DNA of 54,940 nucleotides, taken from IMG/VR virus record IMGVR_UViG_3300037264_005663, positions 1-54,940 of that record, one strand, 5' to 3'. The position numbers were made by a program, and so were the translations under genes. The DNA is from a virus (Duplodnaviria; Caudoviricetes). Position 1 is the first letter of the stretch, and every line of letters starts with the position of its first letter. Below the pieces are notes generated by a model. The model ran no database searches. It worked only from the letters and a program-made list of their open reading frames with translations, and was not told the origin of the DNA. Shown one piece after another: positions 46,538 to 53,394 of this stretch.

Positions 46538-46950
46538 AAATCACTCCGGCTATCGTTCACAAGAACTGGGGCCACGAGGAAATCGTGGTAAACGAGCGCA
46601 AAGCCGGATACTGCGGCAAAATCATGCGCGCGCGTCCTGGCCGGGCCTCGCGCATTGAGCGCCATCGCACCAAGGACGAGACATTCTACGTTCTCGATGG
46701 ATGTGTACGACTCGAGTTGTTCGAGAATTACGACGTTCCCGCGGTTCCAACCGATGCCATCGCGGGATCGTTGCCGGGACAGGGAGAATTCCACGGGAGG
46801 ATCGATCTTCAATCCGGCCAAGGATTCCGCATTCCTCCTGGTGTCTGGCACAGATTCGGCGCCATGGACCCAGGGACGCGGTTCGTCGAATTCTCGACCT
46901 TCCACGACGACGCCGACACCGAGCGCTGGGAGCCATCTAATGCGTGCTGA
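46534..46950 (+). CDS. Cupin, sugar isomerase-like
   Basis: KNWGHEEI, YCGK, HRTKDETFYV, IPPGVWHRF, EFSTFHDD.D. Confidence 0.8.
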   Translation: MKITPAIVHKNWGHEEIVVNERKAGYCGKIMRARPGRASRIERHRTKDETFYVLDGCVRLELFENYDVPAVPTDAIAGSLPGQGEFHGRIDLQSGQGFRIPPGVWHRFGAMDPGTRFVEFSTFHDDADTERWEPSNAC

Positions 46951-47004
46951 CAGATCCAGTACGCATCTTTGCGTTCTCTGACAGATCCAGTACGCATCTT
47001 TGCG
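46947..47004. repeat. Perfect 27-bp tandem direct repeat (period 31)
   Basis: CTGACAGATCCAGTACGCATCTTTGCG at 46947 and 46978. Confidence 0.9.
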
Positions 47005-47055
47005 CCCGTCAACCGGGTGCCTCGGCTCCAGCCCCCATCGCCCGCCCACGACCGT

Positions 47056-47158
47056 TCGCACCCTGCAATCGCCTACCCTTGCACGCTGCAATCCACATTA
47101 TCAGAATCCGCAAAAGATCACCACAGACGGCAAAAGATGATACTGGCATGAGGTATGC
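47056..47158 (+). promoter_or_regulatory. sigma54-type promoter A with paired upstream palindromes
   Basis: TCGCAcccTGCAA 47056, TTGCAcgcTGCAA 47079; TGGCATGAGGTATGC 47144-47158. Confidence 0.7.
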
Positions 47159-47198
47159 GATGTTTGGTTGTGTCTCGGGGAAACAAGGAGACCCTTCG

Positions 47199-47495
47199 AT
47201 GAGCACCAAGCAGAGCAAGACGACGACGATGGGGCAGTGCCCGGGTTGCTCCTCCACCCGCGGTCGTGAGACGGATGTCGTGGGTGTGTACGAATGCGCC
47301 AAATGCGGCGGCGTCGTCGGACAGTGCTACCGCGGCGATGCCTCGCGTTTCGTCGCCATCCATCAACCGATGCAGGCCGAGTGTGAAGACGGAGACGCGC
47401 GCTACTTCGACCTCATGCTCCTCGGATCTCAGGGAATCGAGCGCGTGCACGGATGGATGGACCGCAACACCAAACGGGTCGTGCAGTTCGGTTGA
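47199..47495 (+). CDS. Zn-ribbon protein
   Basis: CPGC...CAKC; RYFDL...RVHGW...VVQFG; AAGGAG RBS. Confidence 0.7.
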   Translation: MSTKQSKTTTMGQCPGCSSTRGRETDVVGVYECAKCGGVVGQCYRGDASRFVAIHQPMQAECEDGDARYFDLMLLGSQGIERVHGWMDRNTKRVVQFG

Positions 47496-47593
47496 CAACT
47501 AACACCCGGGGCGCGCTACGGGGAGGCGCGCTCCGGGACGAGATGCGGCAGTTCAAGGCACGGTGCTACGCGCGGGAGCGCGGGGGGTGGTGC

Positions 47594-47809
47594 GTGGTGA
47601 CTTCCTATGAATTGATCTGTGGAGCGGTGGAGGAGCGCGGGGGCGTGAGCATCTTTCATGAGCATGGTACGTACCATATCCGCTCGCGGCGCTGGCGCGA
47701 GGAGTTACCGGTGATACAATCGTGGTGGAGATGTTCACCTACTCTGCGTGAGGCTAGGCGTCATGCGGCGGAGATTCGGCGCGAGATGCGGCAGTTCGAG
47801 GCGCGGTAG
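47594..47809 (+). CDS. Hypothetical protein between 51-bp direct repeats
   Basis: GTG after GGGGGGTG; FHEHGTYHIR. Confidence 0.5.
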   Translation: MVTSYELICGAVEERGGVSIFHEHGTYHIRSRRWREELPVIQSWWRCSPTLREARRHAAEIRREMRQFEAR

Positions 47810-47838
47810 GACGCGCGGGAGCGCGGGGGGTGCGAGCG

Positions 47839-48042
47839 ATGACTAGGTTCTACGTTTCCCTTTGGCATGGTGAGGGCGGCAGCATCGCCACGGTTATTGA
47901 CCGTCAGGACGATGCTTGTCTGGGCTACTACAGCACGATCCGCGACGGGGCACGCTTCCGTGAGCTGGCCGACATTCAGGCTACCGCCCTCAATCGTGCT
48001 GGTGATTGTGGCACATTGGCCCCTAGGGTTTGGAGTAGCTAG
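47839..48042 (+). CDS. Hypothetical protein
   Basis: ATG after hairpin-GGGGGTG element. Confidence 0.55.
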   Translation: MTRFYVSLWHGEGGSIATVIDRQDDACLGYYSTIRDGARFRELADIQATALNRAGDCGTLAPRVWSS

Positions 48043-48145
48043 CACCCGCCCCGTGGCGCTCGTGTCCCACCGACTAGGTGGCACTCCCAGCCCTGGCCCT
48101 CGCAGGCGCGCGGGGGCTGTGAGCGAGCGGCGGGATCCGGCCGGG

Positions 48146-48545
48146 GCGACCAGCGGCGCGGGGACTGGTCGCAACAACTTGAACAGCTGCGGGAGCAGCG
48201 GGGGTGAGCGGTGCGATACGTCAAGGGAACGATGCTAACTGCTTCAGACCAGCGGCACGTACTAGCCGCCTACGTCCACCGATACACGCTGGAGCATGTC
48301 CCAGCATGGGCTCGCGCTCCACGTCCGAATGGATCGGCCTACCCCGTTCAGTTCGCCTCGGATCGGGAGTGGCTTGAGCATACGGTTTTCGCGGTCAAGT
48401 CCAACGGTAGTCTTGACGCTAGGGTTCGGGCTTGTCGCTCCACCCCGACATGGTGCGCATCGGTTACGGCCTAGCGGCCAGCCGGGGCGACCGGCGGCGC
48501 GGGGACCGGTCGCATACTTGAACGGGCCCGGGAGGGCCGGGGGTG
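48146..48545 (+). repeat. Two copies of a ~60-nt double-hairpin leader with compensatory changes
   Basis: 48146-48206 and 48487-48545; see findings. Confidence 0.75.
48211..48474 (+). CDS. Conserved-looking phage protein
   Basis: YVHRYTLEHVPAWA...QFASDREWLEHT.F. Confidence 0.65.
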   Translation: MRYVKGTMLTASDQRHVLAAYVHRYTLEHVPAWARAPRPNGSAYPVQFASDREWLEHTVFAVKSNGSLDARVRACRSTPTWCASVTA

Positions 48546-48552
48546 CAAAGCC

Positions 48553-48804
48553 ATGACCGACATGATTCCGCCGATCGTTCACATGAACGGGACTTCACGC
48601 GAAGCGCTCGAGAAGCAGCTCCTCGATTTACACAAGTCGTTGCGCGCAACCAGTGAATGCCTGAGTCATGCGTGGCCGAACGGACGCGATTATTATCCCG
48701 AGCCGGGCCGCATGGATCGGGCGCTGCCCTGGTGGGTCGAACTCCAGGCGACGATCGGGAAGGCGATCCAAGACATCGAGGCGTGTCACGCGGAAATGGA
48801 GTAG
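48553..48804 (+). CDS. Hypothetical phage protein
   Basis: VHMNGTS...PNGRDYYP. Confidence 0.65.
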   Translation: MTDMIPPIVHMNGTSREALEKQLLDLHKSLRATSECLSHAWPNGRDYYPEPGRMDRALPWWVELQATIGKAIQDIEACHAEME

Positions 48805-48808
48805 AACG

Positions 48809-49393
48809 ATGCGAACGATCAAGACGAAATTCGCCGGCGAGTGCCGCAAATGTGGGGCGGATCTGGCCGTGGGCGTCGAGGTGGTGTACGAGCGACGGAT
48901 GGGAATCTTCTGCCCTGCCTGCGCCCCGACCGATCCCGAAGAGATCCGCTCCTATCGGCAGGAGGCGGCGGACCGCAAAGCCGATCGGCTCGACGGCTGG
49001 GCGGAGAAGCGCGAGGAGCGAGCCTCTGCCACCCTCAACAGCAATCCGGAAGTGCGGCGCGACTGGGCGTTCATCACACAGCCGGGGCGGATTCCGCTCC
49101 GCGAGAGGATGAATCGTGCGGATGACCGGGCGTGCGAGAGTCTCGGTAAAGCGCGCGAGATGCGCGGCCGTGCGGACAGAATCCGTAAGGTGCGTGTGGC
49201 CGGCGATGCGGAGCGCGCGCGCGAGGCCCATCGCGAGGAAGTGCGCGCGTGGATCGCCAAGGGGCAGCGTGTCTTCTGTCATCACTGGGGAGAGGGAACT
49301 GTCCAGCGTGTGAACCGCAAGACGGGAACCGTGCTCTGGGACAGGATCGCCAAGGCATACCCCGAACCGCTCGAGTGGCTGCAACGAGTCTAA
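48809..49393 (+). CDS. Zn-ribbon plus DUF3560-like protein
   Basis: KFAGECRKCG...CPAC; helical core with QPG; SH3-like GTVQRVNRKT end. Confidence 0.55.
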   Translation: MRTIKTKFAGECRKCGADLAVGVEVVYERRMGIFCPACAPTDPEEIRSYRQEAADRKADRLDGWAEKREERASATLNSNPEVRRDWAFITQPGRIPLRERMNRADDRACESLGKAREMRGRADRIRKVRVAGDAERAREAHREEVRAWIAKGQRVFCHHWGEGTVQRVNRKTGTVLWDRIAKAYPEPLEWLQRV

Positions 49394-49402
49394 CCCTGGA
49401 TG

Positions 49403-49512
49403 TTGCAGATTGCGATGGTGTGCCGTTGCACCGTGCAATTTTCTCCTGTGGTCAGCCCGTGTGGTGCTCTCCGTGGGCTCTCCTGGGCGTTTCGCGTTGG
49501 CACACCAGTTGC
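49403..49512 (+). promoter_or_regulatory. sigma54-type promoter B with paired upstream palindromes
   Basis: TTGCAgatTGCGA 49403, TTGCAccgTGCAA 49426; TGGCACACCAGTTGC 49498-49512. Confidence 0.8.
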
Positions 49513-49563
49513 GATGTTTCGTTGGTGTCCGGGGCAACGAAACGACGAACGCGGGAGACGACG

Positions 49564-49791
49564 ATGAACCAGTACCTGGGATACGAAGTCGAGTGGACCG
49601 ACAACGACGCGGCGCCGGCCATCTTCAAGGGTCCGCGTGGTGCGGTTTATGGTGCGATGCGCTATCGCGACTCCGAGTGGTGCTTCATCGTGGACCTCGG
49701 ACCTCGGACCCCTGGCGTGATCCGCTGGCTGAAGGGCAACGGCTCCGTCGAAATCCCGCGCGGAACTCACGAGATCACCCGCTCGCGGTAA
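49564..49791 (+). CDS. Hypothetical protein
   Basis: GGAG RBS; FKGPRGAVYG. Confidence 0.6.
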   Translation: MNQYLGYEVEWTDNDAAPAIFKGPRGAVYGAMRYRDSEWCFIVDLGPRTPGVIRWLKGNGSVEIPRGTHEITRSR

Positions 49792-49821
49792 CGATCGAAG
49801 ACCGAACAGGAGGACACCACA

Positions 49822-50001
49822 ATGAAGCTCTGTCACATCGCCGACACGGACCACTCAATCGAGACGGTCACTTTGAATTTGGACGACGGAGTGGAAGAGG
49901 TCGAGGTGCTGCGCGCATTCCTGTCAGCTCTCGGATGGGACGGACCATTCGATGGCGCGGGCGATGACTGGGAGCACGGAGCGACCGGGGGAGACGTCTA
50001 A
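49822..50001 (+). CDS. 59-aa acidic protein
   Basis: AGGAGG RBS; translated from the sequence. Confidence 0.55.
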   Translation: MKLCHIADTDHSIETVTLNLDDGVEEVEVLRAFLSALGWDGPFDGAGDDWEHGATGGDV

Positions 50002-50006
50002 ATATC

Positions 50007-50036
50007 TTGACGTTGGGGGACCAGTGGGGGTATAAT
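50007..50036 (+). promoter_or_regulatory. sigma70-type promoter
   Basis: TTGACG-N18-TATAAT. Confidence 0.8.
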
Positions 50037-50078
50037 CGAAGAGCCCACGGCGTCGGAATCACCAACAGAGGAGCACAC

Positions 50079-50342
50079 ATGACGACAGTCAACGTCAACG
50101 ATCTGCCGGTAGTCGAGCATTCGGCGATTGAGGCCGGGAAGGGATACGCCTACCGCCGAAGGCAACCCTGGAGAGACGGCCGCTTGTGGGGGACCGGTAC
50201 AGCCAAACTGACGCGGTGCTACAACTGGGACAGATCACACATGGTCATCCGCAGGGACTCTGGCGATTGGACGTGGTCGGACTTCGACGGTGAGAGGGAA
50301 ATCCGCGGTCCGATTCCTCCCGGGGTCGAGGTGGTCGAATGA
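50079..50342 (+). CDS. Hypothetical protein
   Basis: GAGGAG RBS. Confidence 0.6.
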   Translation: MTTVNVNDLPVVEHSAIEAGKGYAYRRRQPWRDGRLWGTGTAKLTRCYNWDRSHMVIRRDSGDWTWSDFDGEREIRGPIPPGVEVVE

Positions 50343-50530
50343 AATCGCGACTCGAGCGCGAACTCGCGTCGTTCTTCAATCCAAAGAGAACAGCACAGGA
50401 CGACGAACGTTCACGAATCCGCACGGCCAACGAGCACGCCGACGCTGACGAGAAGTGTGGACGCGAGTGGTCCTGCACGTGTGCAGCGTGCCGGTGGTAT
50501 CGGCGCGAACTCAGTCTTGGAGGTCCATGA
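50339..50530 (+). CDS. Small Cys-cluster protein
   Basis: CGREWSCTCAACR. Confidence 0.55.
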   Translation: MKSRLERELASFFNPKRTAQDDERSRIRTANEHADADEKCGREWSCTCAACRWYRRELSLGGP

Positions 50531-50814
50531 TGACCGCTGAACAACGACGCGCGAAGCAGAAGGTTGTCGCCCTCGCGTGCAAGCTCGGAGCGACCCTCGA
50601 TTACGCCGGCGGTGAGATCAATGTCGAGGCTCCTCCTTACCACACGTGGAAGGAGAACCCAGGCGTCCATGAATTGGTGAACTCGCCATGGGATGATGAG
50701 ACGCAGGACGACCTCTGGGCCCGGGCCCTCGAGCGGATGGAATTCGGAGTCGAGCCGTGTACAATCCAAGAGTGCGAGTGGTGCGCAGACACGAGGGCGG
50801 AGGGTGTGTCGTGA
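50527..50814 (+). CDS. Hypothetical protein
   Basis: GGAGG RBS; C-terminal CTIQECEWC. Confidence 0.6.
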   Translation: MMTAEQRRAKQKVVALACKLGATLDYAGGEINVEAPPYHTWKENPGVHELVNSPWDDETQDDLWARALERMEFGVEPCTIQECEWCADTRAEGVS

Positions 50815-51314
50815 GTTCACCAACCAACTACGAGAACGCCTTCCGCGCGGCCGCGGCGCTACTCGATGCGAGCGCCGAGGCCGGCACGCTGGCGTACGAC
50901 ACCCGCGAGCACGTTCGATTCATCATATCTGCCGGGGCGCACGTGGCCAGAGTGCACTGCGACGACGCAATATACTGTCGGTGGAAGGCCGCCGGCGAAT
51001 CGCTCATTGGATATCTCGACACGCTCACCATCTGGTACCAGAGCAGCCGTGTGGAATTCGCCAACGCCGACTGGCTCGAGCTTGCTGGATTCTGGCGCGC
51101 TCTGGAGGTGTGGGCGTTCGGTAAAGCCGACCAGCCGTGCATCAGATGTGCGGTTCGCCATGGTGTGTACGATCCAGACGACGTCACGGCCGGTAATCCG
51201 AATGATCGATACGACAGCGACCGCGGGTGCCCGGAGTGTGTGGCGGAGGTGCTGAGCGGACGTGGTGACCGAGCCGAACTCGAGCGTGATTACGCCCGCT
51301 CGCGGGGTGTCTGA
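50811..51314 (+). CDS. Hypothetical protein
   Basis: GTGA overlap; CIRC...CPEC. Confidence 0.55.
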   Translation: MSSPTNYENAFRAAAALLDASAEAGTLAYDTREHVRFIISAGAHVARVHCDDAIYCRWKAAGESLIGYLDTLTIWYQSSRVEFANADWLELAGFWRALEVWAFGKADQPCIRCAVRHGVYDPDDVTAGNPNDRYDSDRGCPECVAEVLSGRGDRAELERDYARSRGV

Positions 51315-51320
51315 CTGACG

Positions 51321-51430
51321 TTGCACGCTGCAAGGTGGCGCGATTGCAGAGTGTAGTGCAGCGGTGTGTCGCACAGACGGAGGACCCTCCGAGAGTCAAC
51401 GTTGGCACATTGGTATGGCAAGAACCTTGC
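51321..51430 (+). promoter_or_regulatory. sigma54-type promoter C with paired upstream palindromes
   Basis: TTGCAcgcTGCAA 51321, TTGCAgagTGTAG 51344; TGGCAAGAACCTTGC 51416-51430. Confidence 0.75.
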
Positions 51431-51483
51431 GATTGTTTTGGTGTATGGGTGGTGGGGGCAGCCAGCAACGGAGGGAATCGGCG

Positions 51484-51753
51484 ATGAAGCTGAATCGAAT
51501 CAAGGTGATCACGGGCTACGCCGCACATGCGCGGTTCCTGGCCGAATGTGAGGACGAAGAATTCCTCATCCATCCGGTGGGAACGATCCCGCGACAGTCC
51601 CAGATTCCGAGCCCCTACCGCTATTCGCCGACGCACGATGTGCTCGGCTGGAATGGTCGGAAGGTGGTGATCGTCGAGACTCGCCATCGTCGCTACGAGG
51701 TGTTCGAGGTGATTGATGGAACGATCGATCCGTGGGAGGAGGGCTCGCTGTGA
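51484..51753 (+). CDS. Hypothetical protein
   Basis: GGAGG upstream. Confidence 0.6.
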   Translation: MKLNRIKVITGYAAHARFLAECEDEEFLIHPVGTIPRQSQIPSPYRYSPTHDVLGWNGRKVVIVETRHRRYEVFEVIDGTIDPWEEGSL

Positions 51754-52055
51754 TGAAGACCACAACGCAAATCTACGAGCAGCGCCAGCGGGTGTTCAGA
51801 CTCGCGATGTCAGTCGCCAGGGACTCCGCACATCGAGTGCATCCGGAGACGGGCGGCCAGGAACTCCTGGTCCACAACTGGGGGAATGCGGAATCCAAGG
51901 CGGCGTGGGCTCGTGGCTGGGATCGATGGCATCGGATCGCCGGCGCCTTTGACTCAGCGTACGACGCGGCGGAACACCGTAATCATGTGACGCGCGGATT
52001 CAAGCCGCACTGGTGCGAAGACTGTAAAAGCAGCCGGAAGGGGCGTGCATCGTGA
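51753..52055 (+). CDS. Hypothetical protein
   Basis: LLVHNWGN; WCEDC. Confidence 0.55.
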   Translation: MKTTTQIYEQRQRVFRLAMSVARDSAHRVHPETGGQELLVHNWGNAESKAAWARGWDRWHRIAGAFDSAYDAAEHRNHVTRGFKPHWCEDCKSSRKGRAS

Positions 52056-52267
52056 CCCACAAGGAGCGTAGGGCGAAGGGCGCGGCGGTTGCGTATTGGC
52101 ACAAGGCGACTGACGCGGAAAGGCAATTCCATCGCGACCGCGCGCGTCCCGGAGGATCCAGATTTACGGCCGGCTATGCACCGTGGGAACCGTTCACAGC
52201 GTACTTCTATGGCGTTGCCACTCGTGAGTTCGGCATCGCAGTGGGCGAGATCGCGAGGAAGTCATGA
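52052..52267 (+). CDS. Hypothetical protein
   Basis: GTGA overlap. Confidence 0.5.
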   Translation: MTHKERRAKGAAVAYWHKATDAERQFHRDRARPGGSRFTAGYAPWEPFTAYFYGVATREFGIAVGEIARKS

Positions 52268-52455
52268 GCGAGCGTAACGCAGATCACCATGTAACGCTCC
52301 TGGTGTCTCGCGCACAGATTGACCGACTGGTGGAATCACTCGCGCCATCGGTGCTATGTGATACGTACGGCCTCGGTCCAGAGGCCCAGGCAAACCCGCT
52401 GTTCTGGCAGGCACTAGAACGGCGCGCGCGCATGGAGGTCCTGCGCCGCGATTGA
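52264..52455 (+). CDS. Hypothetical protein
   Basis: ATGA overlap. Confidence 0.5.
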   Translation: MSERNADHHVTLLVSRAQIDRLVESLAPSVLCDTYGLGPEAQANPLFWQALERRARMEVLRRD

Positions 52456-52565
52456 TTGCGGCTTGCAAGGTACTGCCATTGCGTGTTGCACGATATCGCA
52501 CGGACGGCCACGGGGATGCCGCTTCCGTGGCCACGGAAGGCGTTATTCACTGGCACGGCGCGTGC
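52456..52565 (+). promoter_or_regulatory. sigma54-type promoter D with paired upstream palindromes
   Basis: TTGCGgctTGCAA 52456, TTGCGtgtTGCAC 52479; TGGCACGGCGCGTGC 52551-52565. Confidence 0.75.
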
Positions 52566-52620
52566 AATACGTAATTGGTGTCCGGGGCGAGTCGAGACCC
52601 TAAACGCGGGAGACGAGACG

Positions 52621-52839
52621 ATGACGAGCAAAGACGTTGAGACTTTCGCCTTCGAGCGGTCACAGGGAAGGAAGCCGCGGGGTCGTGGATGCTGGGCGTT
52701 CACCTTCGATTCGACATCGTACAGGGACGTTTCGGAGGTTTGGTTCGCGCCCGGGTCGATGCTCTACCAGGAAGCCAAGAAACTCGCGGTCGCCGAGGGG
52801 AATCGGCGCGGCGCTCACTTCGCGATGGTGCAGCCTTAG
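52621..52839 (+). CDS. Conserved-looking small phage protein
   Basis: FERSQGRKPRGRGCWAF...YQEAKK. Confidence 0.7.
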   Translation: MTSKDVETFAFERSQGRKPRGRGCWAFTFDSTSYRDVSEVWFAPGSMLYQEAKKLAVAEGNRRGAHFAMVQP

Positions 52840-52905
52840 CCTGCCTCGAAACCCGAACGAGGCCCAACGCCGCGCGCCCGCCCCGCGCGGAGAAAGAACA
52901 CGACG

Positions 52906-53139
52906 ATGGCCACGCAAGAACAGATACTCGCAGCGCAGCGCGAGGAGACTCGATACATCGAACTCCTACGCGAGGCCGACGCAATCGGAACGCGGTGCCG
53001 CGAGTGGGCGCTCGCGACGAATCCGAAACGGGGCGACTGGGAACTCGATCTCATCGAGCGTGCGGCGCGATCTGCGGCGGGTGACATGGCGGCACGGGTC
53101 AAAGCGAAGGGCTACCTGCGATCGGAGGTGTCACGATGA
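52906..53139 (+). CDS. Hypothetical protein
   Basis: Co-oriented ORF. Confidence 0.5.
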   Translation: MATQEQILAAQREETRYIELLREADAIGTRCREWALATNPKRGDWELDLIERAARSAAGDMAARVKAKGYLRSEVSR

Positions 53140-53387
53140 AGATTCCCATTGGCAAATACCACGAACTCGAGGACTTCGGTCCCTCCACTGGACGTTCTGA
53201 TTTCCAGACTGAGTACGTCATGGGAATCGCACAGCGCTCGGACTTCGATTTCTACTGCATGGATCCGATGTGCGACGGTCAGTACAAGGGCCCGTTCAGG
53301 TTGATGTTCTATACCAAGGACGGCGCCCTGCACGCGCACTGGGTCGGGGTCCGCAAGGTGCTCAATACGGCCGTGGCCGCGGACTGA
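53136..53387 (+). CDS. Hypothetical protein
   Basis: GGAGGTG RBS; ATGA overlap. Confidence 0.55.
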   Translation: MKIPIGKYHELEDFGPSTGRSDFQTEYVMGIAQRSDFDFYCMDPMCDGQYKGPFRLMFYTKDGALHAHWVGVRKVLNTAVAAD

Positions 53388-53394
53388 TGCGGAG

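Noticed and set aside
46947-47004. Tandem repeat as a mini-CRISPR
   Set aside because: Only a 4-nt gap between the two copies, so there is no spacer.
47863-47877. Extra GG-N10-GC match (TGGCATGGTGAGGGC)
   Set aside because: It lies inside a CDS and lacks both the TGC -12 element and the upstream palindromes.
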